Source: Acutalibacter sp. (GTDB lineage Bacteria; Bacillota; Clostridia; Oscillospirales; Acutalibacteraceae). Taken from it: DNA of 64,000 nt. The stretch spans positions 54,936 through 118,935 of the forward strand of contig JBMNVU010000003.1 of assembly GCA_050946975.1 (NCBI GenBank). The letters are read 5' to 3'. Position 1 is the first letter of the stretch. Every line of letters starts with the position of its first letter. Positions 1-10,257 of the stretch are shown here, piece after piece. The notes below the pieces were generated by a model. It saw only the letters and a list, made by a program, of their open reading frames with translations, did no database searches and was not told the DNA's origin. Both the position numbers and the translations under genes were made by a program.

Positions 1-680
1 CAGTTGTTCAAGCAGGCCAGGCAGAACATGCAGTCCTTTCCAAACAGGATCTTCCCTTCCCGCAAGGTGATGTTGTTTGAGGGACATCCTGTCACACACT
101 TCCCACACTGGATGCACGCCTGAGACACGTGAAAGGACTTGCTGTTGGCCATGTAGTTCCGGAATCCCCAATTCACCACACTGGAGAGAAACCCGTCTTG
201 GGGCTTCCCCTTCTTCTGAGGAAGCTTGTCCCCCCGCTTGATTCGCTCGCCGGTCTGCTGAATGAGCGGCAGAGACTTGCGAATCTCCTCAATGGCCGTA
301 GCTCGATCCGGCACCTTAAAGGACACCATGTAATTGTCGGGCATGGCAATGCCTTGGTATCCCAACAGCGTCATGCCCCTGCTCTCCACAATCTTTCGGC
401 AGTACTTTCCTGCGGCGCCGTCATCCCCGCCCATGGTGGTGATCACATACATCTGGCGACATCCGGAAAACTCCCCGCGCGCCAGGAAATCCTCCACCTT
501 TTTGGGCAGCCGCCAAGCGTAGATGGGAGACACCACCACATAAGGCCTGTCCGAATGAAGCCTCCAGGGCTCTCCTTGTTTGAAGAGCTCGTTGAGAGAC
601 AGAAGCTCATCCCCGGTCTCCCTGGCCAACAGCTCCGCCACCAGACGGCTGTTGCCGGAAGCACTAAAACATAAGATCAC
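1..680 (-). CDS. flavodoxin-like / 4Fe-4S ferredoxin fusion protein (EFR1-type); C-terminal end cut by window edge
   Basis: Hand translation of the minus strand from GTG at 678-680 (AAGGAGG 7 nt upstream) gives VILCFSASGNSRLVAELLARETGDE... The C-terminal part carries Cys clusters CIQCGKCVTGCP and CMFCLACLNN. It is open-ended, so absent from the ORF track. The + ORF 129..674 is its antisense shadow. Confidence 0.75.
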   Translation of the reverse strand, partial: MILCFSASGNSRLVAELLARETGDELLSLNELFKQGEPWRLHSDRPYVVVSPIYAWRLPKKVEDFLARGEFSGCRQMYVITTMGGDDGAAGKYCRKIVESRGMTLLGYQGIAMPDNYMVSFKVPDRATAIEEIRKSLPLIQQTGERIKRGDKLPQKKGKPQDGFLSSVVNWGFRNYMANSKSFHVSQACIQCGKCVTGCPSNNITLREGKILFGKDCMFCLACLNN

Positions 681-711
681 AGAGTTTCCTCCTTGTTTCA
701 AACAGGGTCTT

Positions 712-1845
712 TCAATGATACACAGCGGCAATGTCCAGGTTCTCGTCCAATACCACCAGATCCGCCCGCTTCCCCGAAGCAATGCTGCCGATCTCATGAT
801 CCAGGCCAATGGCTCTGGCAGGGATCAGGCTGGCGCTCTTGACAGCCTGGGCAAAGGGAACGCCAAAGGACACCAGGTTCTTGACCTCTTGGTGCAGGTT
901 GGTAACCGACCCGGCAATGGTGCCGTCGGCCAACACCGCCTTGCCGCCGCTGACCTGAACCATCTGGCCGCCCAAGTCATAGGATTCCCCTTCGTTCATA
1001 CCGTTAGCCCGCATGGAATCGCTGACAATCAGAGCCCGGTCCCCCAGCAGGCGGAACGCCAGCCGCAGCACGGCGGGATGGATGTGGAACCCATCGCAAA
1101 TCAGTTCGCCGCGGACCCGGTCATCGTCGATCACAGCGCCCACTACACCGGGCTTGCGGTGATGGATACCGTTCATGGCGTTGAACAGATGAGTGGCATG
1201 GGTGACGCCCTGGTCAAAAGCCGCCTTGGCCTGATCGTAATCGGAAGTGGTGTGGGCAATGGACACCGTGCACAGCTCTTTGGCCTGCTGGATGAACTCC
1301 AAACCCCCGGGCTGTTCCGGCGCCACGTCCACCAGACGGATAATGCCTCCGCACAGATCCCAAAGCTCCCGGAACATGGTGAAATCCGGAGCGACAATAT
1401 CCTCTTCCTTCTGAGCACCCTTGCGCTCTTTGGAGATAAAGGGCCCCTCCATATTCACGCCCACAATCCGGGCCCCATCCTCCACGGGATGATCCATAGC
1501 GTCTTTGGCAGCCAACAGCGCCTTTTCAATGGTCTCCCGGCCAATGGTCATGGTGGTGGGACAGAAAGAGGTGACCCCGTGCTGCAGCAGGAACTTCGCC
1601 ATGGACTCCATGGCCTCCCGAGTGCCGTCGCAGGTATCCGCTCCGGCACAGCCGTGAATGTGAACATCCACAAAGCCCGGCACCACGGTGTAGCTGCCGG
1701 AACAGTCCACCGCCAGGTCCTCTTCCTTCCGGGGCAAATCCTTGCCCACTCGGAGGATCTTCCCGTCCTGGATCTCAATGTCGCCCTGGACCAGATCAAA
1801 ATTCTCGTCAAGATAGTTCGCGTGGATCAACAACATTTGAAACAT
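712..1845 (-). CDS. nagA: N-acetylglucosamine-6-phosphate deacetylase
   Basis: 377 aa. Amidohydrolase motif PGFVDVHIHGCAGAD and overall NagA-like sequence. Confidence 0.9.
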   Translation of the reverse strand: MFQMLLIHANYLDENFDLVQGDIEIQDGKILRVGKDLPRKEEDLAVDCSGSYTVVPGFVDVHIHGCAGADTCDGTREAMESMAKFLLQHGVTSFCPTTMTIGRETIEKALLAAKDAMDHPVEDGARIVGVNMEGPFISKERKGAQKEEDIVAPDFTMFRELWDLCGGIIRLVDVAPEQPGGLEFIQQAKELCTVSIAHTTSDYDQAKAAFDQGVTHATHLFNAMNGIHHRKPGVVGAVIDDDRVRGELICDGFHIHPAVLRLAFRLLGDRALIVSDSMRANGMNEGESYDLGGQMVQVSGGKAVLADGTIAGSVTNLHQEVKNLVSFGVPFAQAVKSASLIPARAIGLDHEIGSIASGKRADLVVLDENLDIAAVYH

Positions 1846-1873
1846 CCTCCCTTTTTCCCGTTGCCGGGATCTC

Positions 1874-2047
1874 TCACAGCAGGGTATCCAACAGGATCAT
1901 CAGCGTCACTCCCGGTATGCCCAGCAGTCCCGCTGCCCCCAGATTCAATCTGTTGACAGGCAGCAGCACTCCGGTGTACTCTCCGCAGAGATTGACCAAA
2001 GCCAACGCCAAAAATCCCAATACCGCCGAAAGCAAAAACCCTTTCAT
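1874..2047 (-). CDS. bofA: BofA-family pro-sigmaK processing inhibitor (small membrane protein)
   Basis: 57-aa product from the internal ATG: MKGFLLSAVLGFLALALVNLCGEYTGVLLPVNRLNLGAAGLLGIPGVTLMILL. It resembles the BofA C-terminal LGI.VPIN...GILGIPG pattern. The upstream part of ORF 1874..2164 overlaps rnr and is not protein-like. Confidence 0.65.
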   Translation of the reverse strand: MKGFLLSAVLGFLALALVNLCGEYTGVLLPVNRLNLGAAGLLGIPGVTLMILLDTLL

Positions 2048-2108
2048 CCAAATGCCCCCTGTTTGTCCGGTTGCTACATTTCTATGAAAGGGAACCGCGC
2101 CATATTCC

Positions 2109-4334
2109 TTACGGCTCCTGGGGCACAAAGTCCACCCGGCCTGTGGCCACATCCGCCGCAGCAACGATGATGCCGATCTCTTCGCCCATCATCAAAACCC
2201 GGCCCGAGCGGTGATCCACATGGGAAACTTCCCCATCGTACTCAAATTCGCAATTCTCGAAATCGTTGAGGCTGACAAAGCCCTCCGCGTTATTCTCCAG
2301 TTTGACGAAGATTCCCTTGGGCGTCACACCGCTGATAATACCAGTGTGCTTCTCACCCAGATGGGCCTTCATATACTCGGCGATATAGCAGTCCTCGGCA
2401 GACCGTTCTCCTGTGACCGCCCGCACTTCTGTTTTGGAGGACTCCGCCGCCGCCAAGGTGGCAAACTCCCCATAGCGCTTCTTCAAAGTCGTCTGGTCAG
2501 CACCTGCCACCAGGTCGCTGAGGATCCGATGAATGGAGGTGTCCGGGTACCGGCGGATGGGAGAGGTAAAGTGGCTGTACTCCCCCACTGCCAGGCCAAA
2601 ATGCCCCACCTCTCTGTCGGAGTAACGGGCCTTCTCCATGGTGCGCAGCACCCGCTGATTCACCAGGGACGCGCGAGGCGTATTCTTCACCCTGTCCAAA
2701 ACCGCGGCAAAATCTTTGGTAGAGGGCTTTCCATTGCGCAGCTCCCGGCAGGGAATGCCCAGCCGGTCCAACAGATCCGCCAGCTCGTCCACACGGTCGG
2801 GCTGGGGACGCTCGTGGATCCGGTACAGGAAGGGGATCTCCGCCTTCAGCGATGCCCGGGCTGCCGCAATATTGGCCGCGATCATCATCTGCTCAATCAG
2901 CTCTTCCGCCTGGCCGGTGGTGCGGGGCAGCAGCTGGATGCAGACCCCGTTTTCGTCCAGGACAAATTTGGTCTCATCGCTGGAGAGGTCCATCTTACCA
3001 CGGCGCACTGCCGCAGCTTCAAAAACTCCCGCCAGCTCTTTGGCAGCCATCAGGCTGTCCATCACAGGGGCATACTTGTCCAGAATCTCCTGAGTTGCCG
3101 TGCCGTCCAGGATGGTGTTCACCTCTGCATAGACACCGCGGACCTTGGAGTTGATCACGGTCTTGTGGAACTGATAATCCACCATGTTGCCTTCCCGGTC
3201 AAACTCCATCAAAGCGGAGAAGGTGAGCTTCTCTGTCCCGGCATTCAGGGAGCAGACTCCGTTGGACAGCGCCTCCGGCAGCATGGGGATCACTCGATCC
3301 GCAAAGTAAACGGATGTTCCCCGACGGTACGCTTCCTGGTCAATGGGAGTTTTTGCCTTCACATAGTGGGAGACGTCAGCGATGTGCACCCCCAGCTTAT
3401 ATCCGTTCTCCGTGCGCTTGACAGAGATGGCGTCGTCCAAGTCCTTGGCGTCCGCACTGTCCACCGTGAAGATGGGCTCGTCCCGCAAGTCCAGACGCTC
3501 ATCAATATCCGCCTGAGTGACGGTCATCTTGGAGATCTCCTCCGCCTGGGCCAACACTTCGGGTGGGAACTCTGTGGGGATGCCGCACCGGACAATGATG
3601 GCGTCCGCGCAGATTCTCGCCCGCTCGCCAGTGCCGAACACCGACTTGATCTCCGCCTGCTTCCAGTCCCCTCTGCCGTCCTGCAGGGGATGGATCAGAA
3701 CTTTATCCATATCCTTGGCCCCGTTTAAGCCACCGGTCACCTCCAGGTCATACCGCAGAGGCCCATCCGGGGTGACCCGAATGCCATTTTCGTCAATGTG
3801 GACCGTGCCCGTCATAGGCTCCTCAGACCGAGCCACAATCCGTTTGACCCGCCCGCTGGGGCCCTTATCTCGCTTCTGCAGGTCGGTGAGGATCACCTGA
3901 TCCCCCAAGAAAGCTCCTTTCAAGGCGCCGCCGGGGACAAAAATATCCTCTCCCCCCAACTTGGGCCGGGCAAAGCCGAACCGCTCAGACAGGGACACAA
4001 TGGTGGCCTCGATATCCCCGCCTCGGGGAACCAGCTTCACCCAGTGATCCTTATCCACTGTGATCTCGCCCTTATCTTTCAGGGAGTGCAGTGCATCATA
4101 AAACGCGTCTTTATCTCGAATTCCCGCCTCCCTCTGCAGAGAACGGGAGGGAACTCCGTCTCCGCCGCAGCGCTTCAAGGCCGCCACGATGACCTTTTCT
4201 TCCAGGGTGCTGGCAGCGCTGGGCAGCTCATAGGCGTCTGCCGAGGGGCCAAAGGTGCGCTTGCCAAAATTGCCGCTGCGGCCGTTCCTGTTTCCGTTTT
4301 TACTGGCGTTAAAATTTCCTCTTCTTCTCTCCAT
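2109..4334 (-). CDS. rnr: ribonuclease R (RNB-family 3'-5' exoribonuclease with C-terminal S1 domain)
   Basis: 741 aa from ATG at 4334. RNB core (DSADAKDLDDAISV) and S1-like tail (GIISGVTPKGIFVKLENNAEGFVSL). Confidence 0.9.
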   Translation of the reverse strand: MERRRGNFNASKNGNRNGRSGNFGKRTFGPSADAYELPSAASTLEEKVIVAALKRCGGDGVPSRSLQREAGIRDKDAFYDALHSLKDKGEITVDKDHWVKLVPRGGDIEATIVSLSERFGFARPKLGGEDIFVPGGALKGAFLGDQVILTDLQKRDKGPSGRVKRIVARSEEPMTGTVHIDENGIRVTPDGPLRYDLEVTGGLNGAKDMDKVLIHPLQDGRGDWKQAEIKSVFGTGERARICADAIIVRCGIPTEFPPEVLAQAEEISKMTVTQADIDERLDLRDEPIFTVDSADAKDLDDAISVKRTENGYKLGVHIADVSHYVKAKTPIDQEAYRRGTSVYFADRVIPMLPEALSNGVCSLNAGTEKLTFSALMEFDREGNMVDYQFHKTVINSKVRGVYAEVNTILDGTATQEILDKYAPVMDSLMAAKELAGVFEAAAVRRGKMDLSSDETKFVLDENGVCIQLLPRTTGQAEELIEQMMIAANIAAARASLKAEIPFLYRIHERPQPDRVDELADLLDRLGIPCRELRNGKPSTKDFAAVLDRVKNTPRASLVNQRVLRTMEKARYSDREVGHFGLAVGEYSHFTSPIRRYPDTSIHRILSDLVAGADQTTLKKRYGEFATLAAAESSKTEVRAVTGERSAEDCYIAEYMKAHLGEKHTGIISGVTPKGIFVKLENNAEGFVSLNDFENCEFEYDGEVSHVDHRSGRVLMMGEEIGIIVAAADVATGRVDFVPQEP

Positions 4335-4367
4335 ACACACTCTACTTTCCCGGGGCCGTGCCCCGCA

Positions 4368-5756
4368 TCACTCTAATCCGTTTACCAATTCCTTGTAATG
4401 TCTTCCCCGCACCTCAAAATTGGGGTACAGGTCAAAGGCGGCACAGGCCGGAGACAGGGACACAATGTCCCCCGGCTGAGCATGGGCTGCCGCTGCAGCC
4501 ACAGCCTGTTCCATATTTTCAACCCGGAGGATCTCCGGGGCGCCTTCCTGGTAAGTTTCCGCGGCCATCACCGCGTCTTGAATCTTCTGGGCAGTTGCAC
4601 CCATGAGGATCAGTGTCTTTACATGCTCGCACACGGCGGGACCCAGAGGCTCAAAGGGGATATGCTTGTCATAGCCCCCCGCGATCATCACAATCTTCTG
4701 GGGGAACAGGGACAGCATTCCGGAGATCACTCTGGTGGGAGACGTGGCAATGGAGTCGTTGTAGTACTTCACACCATGAACCTCTCGGACGAACTCCGCC
4801 CGGTGCTCCACGCCATTGAATTCCGCCGCCACACGGCGGATGGTCTCCGGCGCAACGTCACCCCACACGGCGGCAATGGCTGCCATGTAGTTCTCCACAT
4901 TGTGCCAGCCGGGGATCTTGATCTGGGAAACAGGCATCAATTCCTCCCCATTGACATAGATGGACTTGTCATCACACCATACGCCGCGCTCCACTTTCTG
5001 GCCCCGCTGGAACATCCAGCAGTCCCCACGGACCTCTGGCGCAAAGGCGGCGGTGACTTCATTGCCAGCGTTCAGCACCGTGCGGGAAAACGCGCTCTGG
5101 TGCAGAAAGATGTTCTTCTTGGAGTTGATATACTCCTGCATATCCTTGTGGATATCCAGGTGGTTGGGGGACAAGTTGGTCACCACGGCAACCGCGGGAC
5201 TTTCCCGCATGGAGATCAGCTGGAAGCTGGAAAGCTCCACCACAGCGCAGTCCTCAGGCTGGATCGACTGGATTTCCGGCAAAAGAGGCTTGCCGATATT
5301 GCCGCCCAGATGCACGTTCTTCCCCTGGGCCTTCAAAAATTCTGCGATAATGGAGGTAGTAGTGGTCTTGCCGTCGCTGCCGGTAACCGCATAGATCTTG
5401 CAGGGGCACAGCTCAAAAAAGACCTCCATCTCGCTGGTGACGGCAGCACCCCGGCTGCGGGCAGCCTCCAGCTCCGGCAGATGGTACTTCATGCCCGGCG
5501 TGCGGAAGATGATGTCCTCATGGAGATCCCGCAGGTAATCCTCTCCCAAAATGAGCTGTACGCCCATGTCCTGGAGGACTTTGCCGTTCTCCCCCAGCTC
5601 CTCCAGAGCGCGCTTATCTCGGGCAGAGACGATTGCCCCCTGCTCCCGGAACAATTTGATCAGGGGCATATGACTGCGGCCAATGCCGCAGAAAGTCACG
5701 GTCTTCCCGTTGATGTACTGAAAAAACTGCTGTTGATTCAAGTTCTCCACTTCCAA
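4368..5756 (-). CDS. murD: UDP-N-acetylmuramoyl-L-alanine--D-glutamate ligase
   Basis: 462 aa. Mur ligase P-loop VTGSDGKTTTTS and MurD-like N-terminal Rossmann fold. Exact start uncertain: TTG at 5756, with GTG or TTG alternatives a few codons downstream. Confidence 0.9.
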   Translation of the reverse strand: MEVENLNQQQFFQYINGKTVTFCGIGRSHMPLIKLFREQGAIVSARDKRALEELGENGKVLQDMGVQLILGEDYLRDLHEDIIFRTPGMKYHLPELEAARSRGAAVTSEMEVFFELCPCKIYAVTGSDGKTTTTSIIAEFLKAQGKNVHLGGNIGKPLLPEIQSIQPEDCAVVELSSFQLISMRESPAVAVVTNLSPNHLDIHKDMQEYINSKKNIFLHQSAFSRTVLNAGNEVTAAFAPEVRGDCWMFQRGQKVERGVWCDDKSIYVNGEELMPVSQIKIPGWHNVENYMAAIAAVWGDVAPETIRRVAAEFNGVEHRAEFVREVHGVKYYNDSIATSPTRVISGMLSLFPQKIVMIAGGYDKHIPFEPLGPAVCEHVKTLILMGATAQKIQDAVMAAETYQEGAPEILRVENMEQAVAAAAAHAQPGDIVSLSPACAAFDLYPNFEVRGRHYKELVNGLE

Positions 5757-5759
5757 TCT

Positions 5760-7547
5760 TTATGCTTCGGAGGATTCCGGTAAAGTCTTGTCATCGGCGT
5801 AACTGCTGTACAGATGATAGTATATGCCCCGTTTTTCCATCAGCTCCTGATGAGTGCCTTTTTCCTCAATGCCATTGTGGGTGAGCACCAAGATCACTGT
5901 GGCATTTTTGATGGTGGTCAGCCGGTGGGCAATGGTAAAGGTGGTGCGCCCCTTGGCCAGTTTCTCCAGTGAGGCCTGCACCAGCTTCTCGCTTTCGTTG
6001 TCCAGAGCAGAGGTTGCCTCATCCAGGATCATGATGGGCGGGTTCTTCAAAAAGGCCCGGGCAATGCTGATGCGCTGTTTCTGTCCGCCGGACAGTTTGA
6101 CGCCCCGCTCGCCCACAAAGGTATCATAGCCGTTTTGCAGCTCCTGGATAAAGTCGTGAGCGCCCGCCCGCTTGGCGGCCTCTACCACTTCCTCCCGGCT
6201 GGCTCCCGGCTTTCCGTACTGAATGTTCTCAAACACTGTGCCGGAGAACAGGTACACGTCCTGCTGCACAAATCCGATCTGATCCCGCAGGGACTTCAAT
6301 GTCACATCGTGAATATTCTGCCCGTCAATGAGGATTTTTCCCTCATCCACATCATAGAAACGGGGAATCAAGTTGCACAGTGTAGTTTTTCCTCCTCCGG
6401 AGGGACCCACCAGAGCCACATTTTCTCCGGGATTCACATGGAGGTTGATGTGGGACAGCACCTGCTTCCCGTCATCCGCGTAGGAGAAGCTGACGTTCTC
6501 AAAGGTGACCTCTCCCCGCTTGACCTGCAGCGGTTTGGCGTCCGGCTCATCGAAGATCTCCACGTCGGCGTCCATCACCTGGAAGAAGCGCTCCACGCCA
6601 GTCATACCCTGCTGGAACTGCTCGGCAAACTGCACCAAGCGCCGGATAGAGGTGATCAAGGTGCTGATGTACATCATGTAGGCCACCAAGTCGGCAGGCT
6701 GGATTTTGCCATAGATCATAAAGAGGGCGCCCGCCACCAAAACCACCAGGTTCATCAGGCCGTCAAACAGCCGGTTGGAGGCTTCAAAGCCGCCCATATA
6801 GAAATAGCGGTGACGCTTCACGTTGTAGAAGATCTGGTTGCCTTTTTCGAATTTCTCCTTCTCCAGTTCCTCGTTGGCAAAGGATTTGACCACCCGTACC
6901 CCCAGTAGACTGTCCTCCACCTGAGCGTTGATCTCACCCAGCTGGACACGCTGCCGGCGGAACTGCTCCTTCATCCTGTTGTTGAAGTAGATAGCCGCAA
7001 TGACGATGAAGGGAACCACCGTAAACATAATCAGTGTCAGCCATACGTTGATGCCGCAGAGGATGATAAAGGACCCGATAATCTTGATCCCGGCGATGAA
7101 GAACTCCTCCGGACAGTGATGGGCAAACTCCGTCACGTCAAACAAATCCGTGGTGATTCGGGTCATAATCTGGCCCACTTTTGTGTTGTCAAAGTAATTG
7201 AATGACAATTTCTGCAGATGGTCGAACATGGCCGTGCGCATGTCCGTTTCGATCTTGGTGCCCATGATGTGCCCGATGGACGCCATGAAGAAATTGGCCG
7301 CCGCGTCCACCAGCCGCAGGAACAGGTACAGCGCCCCGATCTTCAGAATCAGTTCAACCGTCAGAGAGGCCAAGTCGTTGATCCCTGCATTGGTCACGTA
7401 ACGCACCAACATGGGCAGGACCAACTCACACACGGTGGTGAGGGCAGCGCAGAACAGATCGAAGAACAGCACCGCCTTGTACTTCTTAAAATAAGGGATG
7501 AACCGCAGGATCAAACCCTTGGGACGTTTTGTCTTTTTTCCTTCCAC
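5760..7547 (-). CDS. ABC transporter, fused permease/ATP-binding protein (MsbA/multidrug-exporter type)
   Basis: 595 aa with six N-terminal hydrophobic segments. Walker A GPSGGGKTT, signature LSGGQKQR, Walker B ILDEATSALD. GTG start with GAGGTGG upstream. Confidence 0.9.
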   Translation of the reverse strand: MEGKKTKRPKGLILRFIPYFKKYKAVLFFDLFCAALTTVCELVLPMLVRYVTNAGINDLASLTVELILKIGALYLFLRLVDAAANFFMASIGHIMGTKIETDMRTAMFDHLQKLSFNYFDNTKVGQIMTRITTDLFDVTEFAHHCPEEFFIAGIKIIGSFIILCGINVWLTLIMFTVVPFIVIAAIYFNNRMKEQFRRQRVQLGEINAQVEDSLLGVRVVKSFANEELEKEKFEKGNQIFYNVKRHRYFYMGGFEASNRLFDGLMNLVVLVAGALFMIYGKIQPADLVAYMMYISTLITSIRRLVQFAEQFQQGMTGVERFFQVMDADVEIFDEPDAKPLQVKRGEVTFENVSFSYADDGKQVLSHINLHVNPGENVALVGPSGGGKTTLCNLIPRFYDVDEGKILIDGQNIHDVTLKSLRDQIGFVQQDVYLFSGTVFENIQYGKPGASREEVVEAAKRAGAHDFIQELQNGYDTFVGERGVKLSGGQKQRISIARAFLKNPPIMILDEATSALDNESEKLVQASLEKLAKGRTTFTIAHRLTTIKNATVILVLTHNGIEEKGTHQELMEKRGIYYHLYSSYADDKTLPESSEA

Positions 7548-7716
7548 AATTCCACCTCAAGTCATTACGAAAAAACTCCACCTTGCATTATGCCACAAAC
7601 TGCCAAAAGAATCAAGGGGCAGGCCGGAAATGACCGGCTCCCAGGGCCACTCCACGGAAAAGGCCTTGCAAACCTCTGACGTGGAAAGTATAATCGAAGG
7701 GAAAGGAGTGCTGCTT

Positions 7717-8667
7717 TTGAAGATTGTAGTTTTGGATGGAGGTACCACCAACCCGGGGGATCTCTCTTGGGAGCCCTTGGAACGCCTGGGGGAGCTTTCC
7801 GTCTATGACGAAACGCCCCGGGACCTGGTGCTCTCCCGCCTGGAAGGCGCTCAAGCCGCCATCCTTAACCGGGTAAGCCTCGGGCGGGAGGAATTCACCC
7901 GCCTGCCTCAGCTGAAGTATGTGGGCACCTTGGCCACCGGATACAACACCATTGACACCACAGCCGCCAGAGAGTTCGGAATCACTGTCTGCAACGTCCC
8001 TCACTACTGTGAGCGAACAGTGGCCCAGCACACCCTGGCCCTGTTGCTGTGCCTGTGTAACAAGGTGCAGCGTTCCAGCCAGCTGGTGGAGGCCGGTCAG
8101 TGGACCAAGGCGGTGGAGGAAAGCCATCGTTCCCTACTGCCGGTGGAGCTTGCCGGAAAAAAACTGGGCTTGGTGGGCTTTGGGAGCATCGGACACTGCA
8201 TGGCGCAGTTGGGGCTGGCTCTGGGCATGGAAGTGCTCCTCTACAGCCGAACAGAAAAACCGGCTCCCGAGGGCTGCCGCTGGGTGGATCTGGAGACGCT
8301 GTTCCAGGAAAGCGATGTGGTATCCCTTCACTGTCCCTTGACGGACCAGACCAGAAACTTGGTGGACAGCCGTTTGCTTTCCCTGATGAAGCCCACCGCC
8401 TTTCTTCTCAACACCGCTCGAGGGGCTTTGGTGGACGAGGCAGCTCTGGCCGACGCGCTGAACCGAGGGATCCTGGCCGGAGCGGGGATCGACGTATTCA
8501 GCCAGGAACCTCCGGCTTCCGACCACCCCCTGCTGACTGCCAGGAACTGCGTGCTCACTCCCCATGTGGCTTGGGCCTCACGGGAAGCTCGGGCGCGGCT
8601 GATCGAGATCGTAGCGGAAAACCTTCAGCGCTATCAAGAAGGTTCCCCGCAAAATAAAGTCAACTAA
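7717..8667 (+). CDS. D-isomer-specific 2-hydroxyacid dehydrogenase (glycerate dehydrogenase/hydroxypyruvate reductase-like)
   Basis: NAD-binding motif LGLVGFGSIGHCMA and typical C-terminal PLL...N...TPH motif. The likely start is TTG at 7717, 9 nt after GGAAAGGAG. The longer ORF from 7498 overlaps the ABC transporter gene start. Confidence 0.85.
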   Translation: MKIVVLDGGTTNPGDLSWEPLERLGELSVYDETPRDLVLSRLEGAQAAILNRVSLGREEFTRLPQLKYVGTLATGYNTIDTTAAREFGITVCNVPHYCERTVAQHTLALLLCLCNKVQRSSQLVEAGQWTKAVEESHRSLLPVELAGKKLGLVGFGSIGHCMAQLGLALGMEVLLYSRTEKPAPEGCRWVDLETLFQESDVVSLHCPLTDQTRNLVDSRLLSLMKPTAFLLNTARGALVDEAALADALNRGILAGAGIDVFSQEPPASDHPLLTARNCVLTPHVAWASREARARLIEIVAENLQRYQEGSPQNKVN

Positions 8668-8705
8668 ATTTAAAGTCCATTATTATTTTGAAAGGAAGAC
8701 GCTTT

Positions 8706-9884
8706 ATGAATGATTTTGTATTTCAGGCTCCCACCAAAGTGGTCTTTGGCAAGGGTGTCGAGAACCAAGTGGGACAGCTTTGCAAAGAGCAGGGCGCCAC
8801 AAAAGTGCTGGTTCACTTTGGTGGGCAGAGCGCAAAGAAAAGCGGTCTGCTGGACCGGGTGTACGCCTCTTTGGATGAGGCGGGGGTTCCCTACGTATCC
8901 CTGGGCGGCGTGAAGCCCAATCCCCGGCTTTCCCTGGTGTATGAAGGAATCGAACTGTGCCGGAAAGAGGGTGTGGACTTCCTGCTGCCCGTGGGCGGCG
9001 GCAGTGTTATCGACTCTGCCAAAGCCATCGGCTACGGTCTGGCCAACGACTTTGACGTGTGGGATCTCTACGATCACAAGAACACTGCCAAGGCCTGCGC
9101 TCCGATTGGCGCGGTGCTGACCATTGCAGCTGCCGGAAGCGAGATGAGTGACTCCAGCGTCATCACCAAGGAAGAGGGCGGCATCAAACGGGGATATAAC
9201 TCCGACCTGTGCCGGTGCCGGTTTGCGGTGATGAATCCCGAGCTCACCTACACCCTCCCCGCCTACCAGACAGCCTGCGGCGCTGCGGACATCATGATGC
9301 ACGTGATGGAGCGCTATTTTGTCCAGGACGACACCCTGGAACTCACCGACGGAATGGCGGAAGCTCTCATCCGCACGGTGATGCACAACGCTCCCCTGGC
9401 ACTGGAAGATCCGGAAAACTACAAGGCCCGGGCGGAGATCATGTGGGCAAGCTCTCTGGCTCACAACGGCCTGATGAACTGCGGCGGCCCCAAGGGGGAC
9501 TGGGCCTGCCATCAGCTGGAGCACGAGCTGGGCGGCATGTTCGACGTGGCCCACGGCGCCGGCCTTGCCGCAGTGTGGGGCAGCTGGGCCCGGTATGTCT
9601 ATGAGGACAAGCCCCAGCGCTTTGCAAAATTCGCTCAAAACATCTTCGGCATTCCTCAAGGGGATCCCAAAGAGACCGCTCTCAAGGGGATTGAGGCCAT
9701 GGAGGACTTCTACCGCTCCATCCACATGCCGGTGAGCATCCACGAGCTGGGGTATGATTTGACAGAGGAGCAAATCTCCACCCTGGCTGAGAAGTGCTGC
9801 TTTGGCGGAAGGACCATCGGCCTGTTTAAGATTCTCCGGCAGGAGGACATTCGGGAGATCTACCGCATGGCAAAAGGCTGCTGA
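8706..9884 (+). CDS. iron-containing alcohol dehydrogenase (butanol dehydrogenase/YqhD-like)
   Basis: 392 aa from ATG at 8706 (AAAGGAAG RBS). Fe-ADH motif GGGSVIDSAKAI and His-rich metal site (HVMERY, HELGG). Confidence 0.9.
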   Translation: MNDFVFQAPTKVVFGKGVENQVGQLCKEQGATKVLVHFGGQSAKKSGLLDRVYASLDEAGVPYVSLGGVKPNPRLSLVYEGIELCRKEGVDFLLPVGGGSVIDSAKAIGYGLANDFDVWDLYDHKNTAKACAPIGAVLTIAAAGSEMSDSSVITKEEGGIKRGYNSDLCRCRFAVMNPELTYTLPAYQTACGAADIMMHVMERYFVQDDTLELTDGMAEALIRTVMHNAPLALEDPENYKARAEIMWASSLAHNGLMNCGGPKGDWACHQLEHELGGMFDVAHGAGLAAVWGSWARYVYEDKPQRFAKFAQNIFGIPQGDPKETALKGIEAMEDFYRSIHMPVSIHELGYDLTEEQISTLAEKCCFGGRTIGLFKILRQEDIREIYRMAKGC

Positions 9885-9960
9885 GATTTGGAATCAAATC
9901 CGGGAACACCCGGCGGATCCCTTGCCCCAAAAAAGCGATACGTTTCACGGAAAATAAAAG

Positions 9961-10003
9961 AAAAAGGAAAAGGACCGGTAAACCGGTCCTTTTCCTTCTT
10001 TTG
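9961..10003 (+). terminator. intrinsic terminator after the alcohol dehydrogenase gene (bidirectional shape)
   Basis: AAAAAGGAAAAGGACCGG-taaa-CCGGTCCTTTTCCTTCTTTT. Long perfect stem with an A-run before and a T-run after. Confidence 0.8.
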
Positions 10004-10257
10004 GGGAGGAGTTGTATTGAAAAGTGCGGCTCTCAGCCGCGAGGCTTGAACTCTTGATTACTTGCTTATTATACCTGTGAAAACGTTTGTTGTCAATGGT
10101 TTCACGGGAAATCTCTTTTTTCCACAAGGGGGAATTTCGCGAAAAACCCTTTTTATAAAATTAGCACAACGCCCACCTCTTCCATTCCTGTTCCCGCTTG
10201 TTTTCCCAGGGGATTTGTGCTACAATCAGAGACACTTTAGCGCAGGGGGACGGCATT

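Noticed and set aside
129-1956. + strand ORFs 129..674 (181 aa) and 580..1956 (458 aa)
   Set aside because: They are antisense shadows of the flavodoxin-ferredoxin gene and nagA. Their composition is biased to G/H/L/P/R/Q, with no recognisable motifs and no RBS. The opposite strand carries clear family signatures.
2211-6908. + strand ORFs 2211..3728 (505 aa), 3798..4376, 4398..5783 (461 aa) and 6135..6908
   Set aside because: They are antisense to rnr, murD and the ABC transporter. Long open frames on the non-coding strand are expected at this GC content, and the translations are low-complexity and motif-free.
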